Source: Acidimicrobiales bacterium
GTDB taxonomy: Bacteria; Actinomycetota; Acidimicrobiia; Acidimicrobiales; JBBRKR01
NCBI GenBank assembly: GCA_038231795.1
Contig: JBBRKR010000013.1
Coordinates: 20,164-84,163 of the forward strand
Direction: 5' to 3'
DNA length: 64,000 nucleotides
The notes beneath the pieces were generated by a model. It worked only from the letters and a program-made list of their open reading frames with translations, did not search any database and was not told the DNA's origin. Made by a program: the position numbers and the translations under genes. Shown here piece by piece: positions 51,483-61,114 of this stretch (the first letter of the stretch is position 1; each line of letters starts with the position of its first letter).

Positions 51483-52511
51483 ATGAACATCGATCGGTAC
51501 CTCTCGGACCATCACCTGGCTTGGCAGCGGTTGGCCGAACTCACACAGGTAGTCCGGAGAGGGCCGCATTCGTTGCCAGAAGGTGCCCTCGATGAGTTCA
51601 TAAGTCGCTACGAGGCTGCCTGTACCAACTTGGCCTACGCCCGAGTTCACATCAACGATCCAGCCCTTACTGCTCGGCTCAGCGGCCTCGTGAGCGACGC
51701 CCGCACCGTGATCTACGGGGCCACACCGCGTGCCAAAGGTCGGATCAGAAACTTCTTTGCCGTAACATTTCCGGCCGCCGTGTGGCACGCCCGCCGGTTC
51801 GTTTTGATAGCTGTTGCATTGACATTCATTCCCACAATTATTTTGGGCGTTTGGCTGGCACACTCCAACGAAGCACTCAACATCGCAATGCCCACAGAGC
51901 TACGCCAAGCCTACGTAGGAAGTGAATTCGAGAACTACTACTCCACTGGTCCTGCCACCACGTTCGCGTTCAAAGTATTCACCAACAACGTTCAAGTATC
52001 GATCATGGCTTTTGCAGTGGGCGTGGCTTTCTGCGTGTTGACAGTTTGGGTGTTGGCTCTGAATGGCGCCAACCTCGGACTAGCCGCAGGCGTATTTTAT
52101 ACCGCCGGACAACCGGGCAAATTTTGGGGCCTGATCTTGCCCCACGGAATTTTGGAACTCTCGGCCATCGTGGTGGCGGGCGCAGCTGGCATGCAATTGG
52201 GTTGGACTCTCATAGCTCCCGGTAAACGACGGCGATCCGACGCGCTCGTCGAACAAGGCAAACGATCGATCGTGATCATTTTGGGCCTAATCTTGGCTTT
52301 TGGCGTGGCAGGAACCATCGAGGGATACGTCACTGGGAGCTCACTGTCGACCAACGTGCGGGTCGGCATCGGGATCACCGTCGGCACCGTGTTTTGGACG
52401 TGGGTCGTAGTGTTCGGCCGCCGAGCCGCCCGGGTTCATCTTTCGACTGGGTTGTTCGACGAAAGCGACAACGTACTCAAAATGACTGCTGCCGAACTAC
52501 AGCGTGCCTGA
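51483..52511 (+). CDS. SpoIIM-like (DUF95) membrane protein
   Basis: FTNN, NGANLG, LILPHGILEL and AGTIEGYVT. Confidence 0.92.
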   Translation: MNIDRYLSDHHLAWQRLAELTQVVRRGPHSLPEGALDEFISRYEAACTNLAYARVHINDPALTARLSGLVSDARTVIYGATPRAKGRIRNFFAVTFPAAVWHARRFVLIAVALTFIPTIILGVWLAHSNEALNIAMPTELRQAYVGSEFENYYSTGPATTFAFKVFTNNVQVSIMAFAVGVAFCVLTVWVLALNGANLGLAAGVFYTAGQPGKFWGLILPHGILELSAIVVAGAAGMQLGWTLIAPGKRRRSDALVEQGKRSIVIILGLILAFGVAGTIEGYVTGSSLSTNVRVGIGITVGTVFWTWVVVFGRRAARVHLSTGLFDESDNVLKMTAAELQRA

Positions 52512-53810
52512 CGCCTTGAGCTCGAGGTACTGATCGGCCAACAAGTGAGCGATCTTGCCCGGCGGGGCGTCGATCACCTTCACGCCGTATTTGGCCACCA
52601 GTTGGGCCGCCTTTCGACGCTCTGCCAACGCCGCTATCGCAGCTGCTTGCCGGTATACCTCTGTTGATGTTTCCGGCGGTGCAGCAGCCCACGCCACCAC
52701 GTCCGGGTCTTGAATGGCCGCGATCACAATCACGTTGCGGCGCGCCACGAGAGGCAATACGGGCATGATCGATTCGGTCACCGACGAAAGGTTCAAGTCA
52801 GTGAAAACCACCAACATGGCTCGCCGCTTGAAGTGAGCCACGGCGCCCGAAAATGCGGCTCGAAAATCGCTCTCCACAAGCTCTGGTTCTAATGAATACA
52901 ACGCTTCAGTAATCCTTTGCGTTTGCTGGCGTTGCGCCGACAACGGCACCACGGAACGTACCTTTTCACCAAACGTAATCAACCCGGCCCGATCGCCAAG
53001 CTGGGTGGAAACGTAGGTAAGCATGAGGGCAGCATCGATGGCGTGTTCGAAACGAGAAACACCCTGCACCTTGGCGGCCATCACCCGACCGGTATCGACC
53101 ATAAGTGCCACATTTTGGTTGCGTTCCGCCCGATAGGTGCGCACGATCGGACGCGGAGATCTGGCAGTGGCTGACCAGTCGATACGCCGAAATTCGTCGT
53201 CGGCAGTGAACTCGCGGAGTTGGTCGAATTCGGTGCCGCCGCCACGGCCTTGGGCCGATCGCACGCCCACTTCGGTGATTCGTGCTTTGCGGATTCGAAG
53301 TTCGGCTTCGTGCTTGGCGCGAAAAGGAGGCATCACCCGCAATGTGTGCGAAACCGACGGGCCACGACGATCGCGTTGACGGGCAACAAGCCCCATCACG
53401 CCGTACGTACGCACGGTCATTTCGGCGAACTCGAAACGGCCCCGACGCAATGGCTCGATGGTGGCAGTTGCCTGAGCCGAGCCACTTGACGGAACTGTCA
53501 AGTGGAATTCACGCATGCTCGGCTGGAGAGAATCGACCAATGTATCTGACACGTCGAACCGCACGGCGCGGTCCACTGGATTGTGCACGGTGTAGGTGAT
53601 GGTGTCACTACTCCCGAGGGTCAAAATGCTGGGTGCCACACGTTCAATGACGACTGAATTCGGATCCGGTGCCGACTGCCAATCCACAAGCACCAACACC
53701 AACAACGGCACGTTGATAGCCAATAGCCCCCACGGGAACGCGAAATTCAACGCCACGGCCACAACGGCCAAGGCGGCTGCCAACATCGCTACACGACGGG
53801 TAGGGATCAT
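52497..53810 (-). CDS. DUF58 / vWA-like protein
   Basis: GTEFDQLREF, RRIDWSATAR, DTGRVM, GDRAG and FTDL. Confidence 0.93.
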   Translation of the reverse strand: MIPTRRVAMLAAALAVVAVALNFAFPWGLLAINVPLLVLVLVDWQSAPDPNSVVIERVAPSILTLGSSDTITYTVHNPVDRAVRFDVSDTLVDSLQPSMREFHLTVPSSGSAQATATIEPLRRGRFEFAEMTVRTYGVMGLVARQRDRRGPSVSHTLRVMPPFRAKHEAELRIRKARITEVGVRSAQGRGGGTEFDQLREFTADDEFRRIDWSATARSPRPIVRTYRAERNQNVALMVDTGRVMAAKVQGVSRFEHAIDAALMLTYVSTQLGDRAGLITFGEKVRSVVPLSAQRQQTQRITEALYSLEPELVESDFRAAFSGAVAHFKRRAMLVVFTDLNLSSVTESIMPVLPLVARRNVIVIAAIQDPDVVAWAAAPPETSTEVYRQAAAIAALAERRKAAQLVAKYGVKVIDAPPGKIAHLLADQYLELKASGTL

Positions 53811-54761
53811 TTATCGGGGCACGGGCACTGCTGCCAAAATGCCGTCGATCACGCCATCGACCTGTACACCTTCGAGCTCTGCTTCACTGCGCAAGGCCAC
53901 CCGATGACGCATGACCGGCTTGGCTATTACCTTCACCTCATCAGGCGTTACGAATGACTTGTTACTAAGCCATGCCCACGCTTTTGCAGCATGCAACATG
54001 GCCGCCCCACCGCGGGGAGACACGCCAAGTGACAACGAAGGCGATGTACGCGTTGCCGTGACAAGACTCACCAAATAGTCGATGATCTTGTCGTCGACAA
54101 CCATGGCCCCCACTTCGGCACGAGCCTCAGCGAGCACTGAATCATTGGTCACTGCCCTAACGCCGGCACCTACCAAATCACGGGGATCGAATCCATTGTG
54201 ATGGCGAGTCAACATGGCCGTTTCGTGGTCGACCGCTGGATAGCCAACGATCAATTTGAACAGAAAACGATCGAGCTGAGCTTCCGGCAACGGGTATGTG
54301 CCTTCGTATTCGACAGGGTTTTGGGTGGCGATCACCATGAACGGATTGGGCAACTGGCGAGATGCCCCGTCGATCGAAACCTGGCGCTCCTCCATTGCCT
54401 CGAGGAGCGATGCCTGGGTTTTTGGTGGCGTGCGGTTGATTTCGTCGGCTAACAAAATGTTGGTGAAAATAGGGCCAGGACGAAACGTGAACTCGCCGGA
54501 CGACTGACTGAAGGTCATTTGCCCCGTGACGTCGCTGGGCATGAGGTCGGGTGTGAATTGCACACGCGAAAATTGCACATCAAGCGCGGCGGCGAGCGTC
54601 TTGGCCGTCAACGTTTTGGCTACACCGGGCACTCCCTCAAGCAGCACGTGACCACCCACCAACAACGCCGTCAGCAAGCCAGTGACGACACCGTCTTGGC
54701 CGACCACCACCTTGCCCACCTCAGTGCGAACAGACTGGATCATTTCGCGGGCAGCGCTCAT
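53811..54761 (-). CDS. MoxR-family AAA+ ATPase
   Basis: HVLLEGVPGVAKT, QFTPDLMPSD, DEINR, ATQNP.E.EGTY.LPEAQLDRF and SPRG. Confidence 0.96.
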   Translation of the reverse strand: MSAAREMIQSVRTEVGKVVVGQDGVVTGLLTALLVGGHVLLEGVPGVAKTLTAKTLAAALDVQFSRVQFTPDLMPSDVTGQMTFSQSSGEFTFRPGPIFTNILLADEINRTPPKTQASLLEAMEERQVSIDGASRQLPNPFMVIATQNPVEYEGTYPLPEAQLDRFLFKLIVGYPAVDHETAMLTRHHNGFDPRDLVGAGVRAVTNDSVLAEARAEVGAMVVDDKIIDYLVSLVTATRTSPSLSLGVSPRGGAAMLHAAKAWAWLSNKSFVTPDEVKVIAKPVMRHRVALRSEAELEGVQVDGVIDGILAAVPVPR

Positions 54762-56011
54762 TCATTTTCTCCTGAATTTGTAGCAGTATTGAGATTTTGT
54801 TCGGTGGCTACCGGTGCCGACCAGTCGCGATCGCGACGTATGTCCGAAGCGAAGAATGCCAACTTGACATCGGTGTCAACTGTGGCGGGCGACGGCGATC
54901 CGTCGGATCGCAAACGGGCGATGACGTGGTCGGCTGGCAAGCCAGTCCGGCGCACCACATCGGCCACCGTGCGGTCTTGCAACCGCGAAGCAGCGTTAGC
55001 CGGGCGTTTCGCTTTGGCCAAAAGCGCGCCGCGAGCAGTCGTGAGATCGCGAGCATGGATTGATATCGGAAGCGTTTCTCGCGTCGGGCGACCAACTCGA
55101 CGGGCACGCCACGCCGCGTACAACAGGAAGGCCAACAGCAGTTGTAGGAAGCCCTGTTTGATTCCTGGAGAAACCAGATCAAGCAATGACCTATCGTCTC
55201 GCGGTTTGGTATTGCTCTTCGACTTTGAATTTCCCTTGTTGCCGGACTGCCCAGACTTGGACGTGAAGTAGGTACCGATGAGGTGCACCTTGGTGGTGCG
55301 AGTCGGAGCTACGAGCGCAGTCACTAGCGCAGCATTGTCATCGGTGGCAATCACCTTGTTCAGAAATGGCTGGATCGAAGCAATGGACGTCACCCGCCCT
55401 GCGCCCACGGGATACGAATGCACAAACGCCGAGGAGCTGTTGTCTGACTGTTTCGCTGAAGCAAAACACACATCCACGTCGCCATCCAGATTGGCCTGTT
55501 GATACGGCGATGCATCTGAGAAGTTAGCGGTAGTGATTCCATCCAACGCCGAGATTGTGCACCGGTCTCGACTTTGTTGGGCTCGACCATGTACAAAGAC
55601 GGCCCCCTGAGTGCCCGAATAGAACCCATAACCAATGGCTACGACATTGCCGCCGTTACGAACCCACTCCTGCAAGTTCGTGGTTTCCGCCGCAGAGAGC
55701 CCATCTGCGACAACCACGACAACTTCTTGAGGGTCCACGTTTGTGGCACTCGGCACTTTGTCGCCGAACACAAATGTACGCCCAAACGACTTTGCCAGCT
55801 TGACGAATATCGTCATACCCTCTGGTCCGTTGGAGTCGATGCTGTACCCACCTGCAGCGGGCATTTTTCGCACTGGTAACAAGCCGAGCTCGCCCGTCGC
55901 CGGCATCTTGGCGAAACCAGGAGCGCCAGACAATGGAGCACTCATGATTGCAGTGATCGCCGCCATCACCGCGCCACAAACGACAAACCCTGCCAGCCGG
56001 AATTGCCTCAC
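54758..56011 (-). CDS. DUF4350-like membrane-anchored protein
   Basis: N-terminal TM, WVRNGG, FLNKVI...DNA and a TM followed by WRARRVGRP. Canonical position upstream of MoxR. Confidence 0.8.
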   Translation of the reverse strand: MRQFRLAGFVVCGAVMAAITAIMSAPLSGAPGFAKMPATGELGLLPVRKMPAAGGYSIDSNGPEGMTIFVKLAKSFGRTFVFGDKVPSATNVDPQEVVVVVADGLSAAETTNLQEWVRNGGNVVAIGYGFYSGTQGAVFVHGRAQQSRDRCTISALDGITTANFSDASPYQQANLDGDVDVCFASAKQSDNSSSAFVHSYPVGAGRVTSIASIQPFLNKVIATDDNAALVTALVAPTRTTKVHLIGTYFTSKSGQSGNKGNSKSKSNTKPRDDRSLLDLVSPGIKQGFLQLLLAFLLYAAWRARRVGRPTRETLPISIHARDLTTARGALLAKAKRPANAASRLQDRTVADVVRRTGLPADHVIARLRSDGSPSPATVDTDVKLAFFASDIRRDRDWSAPVATEQNLNTATNSGENE

Positions 56012-56748
56012 TTCGACGCTGCCAAAACTTCGGTGGATTCGTGGGCGATTCGATCACATTCCGCCTGGGTTGTCTCATTTGGCCCAAACCACGCTCCTTC
56101 AAAGAGAGCGGCCGCTGAATCAAACGGCGCGGCGACATCTGGTTGGCGGGCGCCGACATCGCTGCGGTACTCGCCAGCCGTCTTGCCACGAGCTTCCACC
56201 ACTACCCCGCTGTCAGCGAGGTCAACAAGTAGACCGCGGAATCGGGCACGGACGGCAAGGCGCCACTCAGATTTGAGCTCATGATCAGCGGCTCGTTTGC
56301 GCCACGCATCGCCAGGTCGGAGTCGTTCGGCGGGGGTGAGTTCGTCACGCAATTCCGATGATGGCGAATCGCCCGCCTGGTCGACTTGCACGTCCACAAC
56401 TTTGACGCGTTTTGTTCGACCAACAAATGACCTGGCGATCAGGTAGAGAAAAATCAACCCCACGACGACGACCAAACCCCAGGCCACAGCGGGAGGAATT
56501 GACAACGAACTCGAACTCTTTGACGGTGGCGGATCCTCACGTTGTTGGGAGTCGACAGTCGTGGTCACCGGCGTTTGCTCGCCGGAATTATCGCCTTGAC
56601 CATTGTTGGATCGAGCCAAGCGGCGGGCCTCGTCGTTAGCTTGCGCAGGTGTGTGATCGGGGCTCGGCGAGTTCGCGGCATGAGCCGTACTGGCGAGACT
56701 CAGTACACACGCCAACAACGCCACAGTGACCGCTGCCATGATTCTCAT
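56008..56748 (-). CDS. DUF4129-domain protein
   Basis: Signal-like N-terminus, a TM and AVRARFR...KTAGEY...FEGAWFG. Start uncertain (56739, 56748 or 56775). Confidence 0.82.
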   Translation of the reverse strand: MRIMAAVTVALLACVLSLASTAHAANSPSPDHTPAQANDEARRLARSNNGQGDNSGEQTPVTTTVDSQQREDPPPSKSSSSLSIPPAVAWGLVVVVGLIFLYLIARSFVGRTKRVKVVDVQVDQAGDSPSSELRDELTPAERLRPGDAWRKRAADHELKSEWRLAVRARFRGLLVDLADSGVVVEARGKTAGEYRSDVGARQPDVAAPFDSAAALFEGAWFGPNETTQAECDRIAHESTEVLAASK

Positions 56749-56767
56749 TTCAACCCGACGAACTCCC

Positions 56768-57604
56768 CTACCCACGTCGATCGCCGTTTTCGAAGCAATC
56801 GACCATGGCCAATTCGATGTCGAGTCCTTCGTGGCGACTCCGCAAATCAAGGTACAAAAATGCGCTTGTAGCCCCGATCACGGGCATCGTGATCGATGCT
56901 GTGATGGTGCCCATCACGCCCCAGATCCACCACGCAGGGGTGATCCCCATGAGCCCAGTTATCCGCTTAGGAAGCACTGCTGCAGCGACACTCAAACCAA
57001 CACAAACGGACGTGACCAATAGCGCGGTGCCGGCCACTGCCCAGTAACGACGACGGGTCAACGCCATCGAGCGTCGGATCGAACGCGGCGCGGAGAGTGA
57101 TTCGAAAAAGAGCACCGGAATCGTCACCACGACCCACGGCACCACGAGCACGCTGAGATACACAAACCCCGCCAGTTCGACAATGTGGACGCCAATCCAC
57201 ACCAAGACGATGGCAGGTAGGCGGCGCATGATCCGTCGCCCAAGGGCCTTTCTTGAAATCACCATCGACGGCGTAGTTACCCATCTGTGAACGCAAATCG
57301 CCATCGTGCTGGCTATCACAATCGACGCCAGGCTCCACGGCACCGCCGCCCACGCTGTCGCACTCTCAAAATTGGTAGAGCTGTAGACGCCCGACGATGC
57401 TACAGAGCGCATCCACATCGGCTGCCCGTCGGTGTCCAAAATTTCGTGTCGGGTGAAGGCTAGAAGGAACTGACTCACAGCAGCTAGGGGCACCACAATT
57501 GGTGCAAACGACCTGTACTCAGCGCGCACGAAAGCCATAGCGCGATCCACAATGGCCGTCGCGTTACGTGGTGAGACATCGGCAGCTGCTGAACTAGGAA
57601 TCAT
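56768..57604 (-). CDS. Polytopic membrane protein of the MoxR module
   Basis: Several TM helices, RRSMALTR and terminal LYLDLRSRHEGLD, typical of this gene cluster. Confidence 0.8.
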   Translation of the reverse strand: MIPSSAAADVSPRNATAIVDRAMAFVRAEYRSFAPIVVPLAAVSQFLLAFTRHEILDTDGQPMWMRSVASSGVYSSTNFESATAWAAVPWSLASIVIASTMAICVHRWVTTPSMVISRKALGRRIMRRLPAIVLVWIGVHIVELAGFVYLSVLVVPWVVVTIPVLFFESLSAPRSIRRSMALTRRRYWAVAGTALLVTSVCVGLSVAAAVLPKRITGLMGITPAWWIWGVMGTITASITMPVIGATSAFLYLDLRSRHEGLDIELAMVDCFENGDRRG

Positions 57605-58352
57605 GGAAGGCTACAAACCCGACACCTACGGCAATGGCATCAGCGATGTTTATGACGCCTGGTACCACGACATTTCCGATATTTCCTCGACGGTGCGCTA
57701 TCTCGGTGGCTTAGCTTCGACGGGACCAGCACTGGAACTAGGAATCGGCACCGGGCGGATCGCTGGGCCACTAGCCGCAGCCGGCGTCGACGTTTGGGGT
57801 GTTGATGCCTCAGAAAAAATGGTGGCGCTGTTGCAAGATCGATCACCTGAATTGGCCGCCAAAACCTGGCTGGGCGACATGGCCGCGATGGTCCTTCCAG
57901 CGAATTTTCCCGAGAATTTCCAAGCCATCTTCATCACGTTTAACACGCTGTGCAACCTCACAACATCGGCTGAACAACAGGTATGTATTCGCACCTGCGG
58001 CGAGCTCCTGAGCCTTGGGGGGCATGTCGTGATCGAGTGTTTTGTACCCGCCGAAATTTCCGACCCGACACGATCGTTGGCGGTGAAATCTGTGGAGTTG
58101 GATCGAGTGATTTTGACCGCCAGCGTTGTAGATCCCGTCGAGCAATCGATTGTCGGTCAACACATTGAAATCACCGAATCCGGCGGGGTGCGTTTACGTC
58201 CATTTGTGTTGCGATATCTCACTCCCTCGCAACTCGATTCCATGGCAGTCAGAGCGGGGCTCGTTCTCGTGAGCCGCTACGCCGATTGGAACGGCCTCGA
58301 ATTCACAGATCACAGCCCCGTGCACGTTTCGACCTACGCTCATTACCAATGA
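57603..58352 (+). CDS. Class I SAM-dependent methyltransferase
   Basis: YG...DVYD, LELGIGTGR, GVDAS..M and GDM. Confidence 0.92.
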   Translation: MEGYKPDTYGNGISDVYDAWYHDISDISSTVRYLGGLASTGPALELGIGTGRIAGPLAAAGVDVWGVDASEKMVALLQDRSPELAAKTWLGDMAAMVLPANFPENFQAIFITFNTLCNLTTSAEQQVCIRTCGELLSLGGHVVIECFVPAEISDPTRSLAVKSVELDRVILTASVVDPVEQSIVGQHIEITESGGVRLRPFVLRYLTPSQLDSMAVRAGLVLVSRYADWNGLEFTDHSPVHVSTYAHYQ

Positions 58353-58825
58353 CAATCATCACTTCACCCTGGAATCGCATCGTGAGTCGCGTAGTTATCA
58401 ACGCTCCTGCAGACATTGTTTGGGAGTATGTGCGCGACATCGCCACTCATGTCGAATGGATGGCCGACGCCGAATCGATCACATTTACATCCCCCACAAC
58501 ACATGGCGTGGGGACCACCTTTGATTGCGTGACCAAGGTTGGTCCCATCAAACTCATCGACAAAATGCAAGTCGATTCATGGGACGCTGGGTGGGCAATG
58601 GGCGTGAGCCATCACGGGCTTGTGCGAGGCGTCGGCGAATTTACGTTGGCTAACAACGGTGACGGCACCACCACATTCACATGGGTCGAAGCACTTCGTT
58701 TCCCTTGGTGGCTTGCTGGCCAAATGGGTTTTGTGGTCGGAGGCCGATGGGTTTTACAGGCGGTATGGCGAGGCAATTTACGCCGCTTACGCGACCACTT
58801 CGAGGTCGGCGCTACAACCCACTAA
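58349..58825 (+). CDS. SRPBCC/START-family protein
   Basis: VINAP..VW...HVEWMADA, GVGTTF and a C-terminal helix. ATGA overlap. Confidence 0.85.
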   Translation: MTIITSPWNRIVSRVVINAPADIVWEYVRDIATHVEWMADAESITFTSPTTHGVGTTFDCVTKVGPIKLIDKMQVDSWDAGWAMGVSHHGLVRGVGEFTLANNGDGTTTFTWVEALRFPWWLAGQMGFVVGGRWVLQAVWRGNLRRLRDHFEVGATTH

Positions 58826-58836
58826 CGAATCGGGCA

Positions 58837-59268
58837 TCAGCCCTTTTTGGCACCAATTTCGGCCAGACGCTCCGCCGACACGCACTTCAGAACGGTGGTC
58901 TCCATCGATTTGGCGAAGTCAGCCCCGACTGCCGCAGCCCCGCCGCCAGTAATTGCCTTAAGAAAAACGGGATCGCCAAACACCTTGTCGATGAGGCAAG
59001 TTGACTCAGCGTCGGTATAGCCCTGTTGCGCGAGCATCGGCACCAACACACTCCGGAACATCTTGATCTTTTCCGCCGACGCAACACCATCTTCAGAAGG
59101 CGCTGCCGCCGTGGTCGTAGAGCCACCACTATCGGCAGAGGTCGACGACACCGACGCATCGCCGGCCTTCGTCGTGGTGACGGAGCTCAGTTTTGGCGAC
59201 GAAGAGGAACACGCGCCCAATGAAACTGTTGCCACAAGGGCCAGTGAGAGAGAGATCATTTTCTTCAT
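58837..59268 (-). CDS. Putative lipoprotein
   Basis: MKK...SLGA-C lipobox, Ser/Thr-rich linker and a Cys pair. Confidence 0.82.
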   Translation of the reverse strand: MKKMISLSLALVATVSLGACSSSSPKLSSVTTTKAGDASVSSTSADSGGSTTTAAAPSEDGVASAEKIKMFRSVLVPMLAQQGYTDAESTCLIDKVFGDPVFLKAITGGGAAAVGADFAKSMETTVLKCVSAERLAEIGAKKG

Positions 59269-59313
59269 GGGTTCCTATCGGATCCTTTCTGTTTGTTCTT
59301 AAGTCGAATTCCA

Positions 59314-60084
59314 TTACGCACCGGTGAACACCGCTTTGCCTGGCCCGTTTGCCATGAAGCTAGCCACGCCGATTTCAGCATCGGTCGTGCCAAAGACGTC
59401 GGTGAAAAGCTCTTGCTCAAGCGCCAGTCCTACACCGAGCGAGAAGGCCAATCCCTAATCGATCGCTTTCTTGGCAAGACGCTGGGCAACTACCGCTCCA
59501 CCCGCTAGTTGAACTGCTAACTCTAGTGCCCGATCGTTTACAGACTCGTGGTCGACCACTTCGTCGCACAGGCCAATTGCCAAGGCCTCTAGTGCCTTGA
59601 CTTGTCCACCGGCCAAGATCATAACTTTGGCCTTGGACGGGCCTACCAGGCGGGTGAGGCGTTGCGTGCCGCCGCCACCGGGAATAATTCCTAACAGGAT
59701 TTCTGGCTGCCCAAACACTGCTCGCGCCGAGGCCACTCGGTAGTCACACGCAAGTGCCAACTCACACCCGCCACCCAGCGCGTAACCAGCTACAGCAGCA
59801 ATCACCATGCATGGGATTGCCGCAACAGCATCAAAGGCCCGATGCAAGTTGGCGGCAATGCGTTGGGCGGCAACTTGGCCCCCGAATTCCGAAATGTCAG
59901 CTCCGGCGGCGAATATTTTCTCGCCCCCAGTAATCACGACAGCACCTGGCAGTTGCGTTTGCAATTCGAGAGCAATGGCCAACAGTTCTTCGACGAGTGC
60001 CTGTGAGATGGCATTGACTTTTCCGTTGTTCAATGTGATGACGACCACATCATCTGGACGGCGAAGTACTTCAATAAGGCTCAT
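59314..60084 (-). pseudogene. Enoyl-CoA hydratase/isomerase interrupted by an in-frame TAG at 59455-59457
   Basis: FAAGADI, GGGCELAL and PEILLGIIPG. After the TAG the same frame continues GLAFSLGVGLALEQELFTDVFGTTDAEIGVASFMANGPGKAVFTGA-TAA, a typical crotonase C-terminus. Confidence 0.8.
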
Positions 60085-61073
60085 GACGACACGCTACCCC
60101 GCCGGTCAGAGGCAGCGCTGGCGACAATGAGATCGGCAGCTGCCCACGGGTCAATACGACGGCTTACAACATCGTCGACAATGCCCTGAGCGGCATCGGT
60201 AGAAATCTGCGCCTCGATGACCGCCAAAAACGAATGCACGGCTATCGCCTTCACTTCATCAACCAATCGTTGGTGGCGGCGCGTCGCGCCAAGCCCGCTC
60301 GCCGTCAAGTGATCTCGGTGGAGCTCGATTTCGGTCCACAATGCGTCAGCGCCATCTCCAGATGTGCTCACAGTGAGCACAATGGGAGGCGTCCATCCGT
60401 CGTGTCGGGCCAAGCTGCCAAGCTCCAACATCTGGCGTAGATCGCGCTCGGTGTCGGCCACTCCCTGCCGATCGGCTTTGTTGATCACAAAGATGTCGGC
60501 GATCTCCATCAACCCCGCCTTGTTGGCTTGCACACCGTCTCCCCAACCCGGGTTCACCACCACCACCGTGGTATCGGCGGCCCCTGCGATTTCCACCTCG
60601 ACTTGTCCAACCCCAACCGTTTCGACAATCACCACTTGCTTGCCGAGGGCGTCCAATAGACGCACGGCCTCAGGTGTAGCCAAACTCAAGCCGCCCAATT
60701 GGCCTCGCGATGCCATAGAACGGATAAATACATCTCTATCCAGAGCATGGGTTTGCATGCGCACACGATCACCCAAGATTGCCCCTCCCGTAAATGGCGA
60801 TGAAGGGTCGATGGCCAAGACGGCCGGAGATATGTCATGGGCCCTCAACACCGTCACAAGTGCCGACGTCAATGTCGACTTCCCCGCGCCGGGCGCTCCT
60901 GTAATTCCGACCGTGTGAGCATTGCCGCTCAACGGATAGGCCAACGCTCCCACGCTGCGGGCATCGCCGCCACCGCGTTCGACCATAGTCAGCAGCTTGG
61001 CCAACGCCGCTCGACTCCCGGCATGGGCATCAGCAAACAGGCCAGCAACCCGGTCCGGACTCAACGACGTCAT
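60081..61073 (-). CDS. meaB: MeaB/ArgK GTPase (methylmalonyl-CoA mutase chaperone)
   Basis: GAPGAGKST, DPSSPFTGGAILGDRVRM, ETVGVGQ and NKAD. Confidence 0.93.
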   Translation of the reverse strand: MTSLSPDRVAGLFADAHAGSRAALAKLLTMVERGGGDARSVGALAYPLSGNAHTVGITGAPGAGKSTLTSALVTVLRAHDISPAVLAIDPSSPFTGGAILGDRVRMQTHALDRDVFIRSMASRGQLGGLSLATPEAVRLLDALGKQVVIVETVGVGQVEVEIAGAADTTVVVVNPGWGDGVQANKAGLMEIADIFVINKADRQGVADTERDLRQMLELGSLARHDGWTPPIVLTVSTSGDGADALWTEIELHRDHLTASGLGATRRHQRLVDEVKAIAVHSFLAVIEAQISTDAAQGIVDDVVSRRIDPWAAADLIVASAASDRRGSVSS

Positions 61074-61114
61074 GCCTGCATTGTTGCACTCAACCTCACG
61101 TATCATCGGTGCTC

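Noticed and set aside
51483..52511. SpoIIM-like gene as evidence of sporulation
   Set aside because: The DUF95 family is widespread in non-sporulating bacteria and here belongs to the MoxR module.
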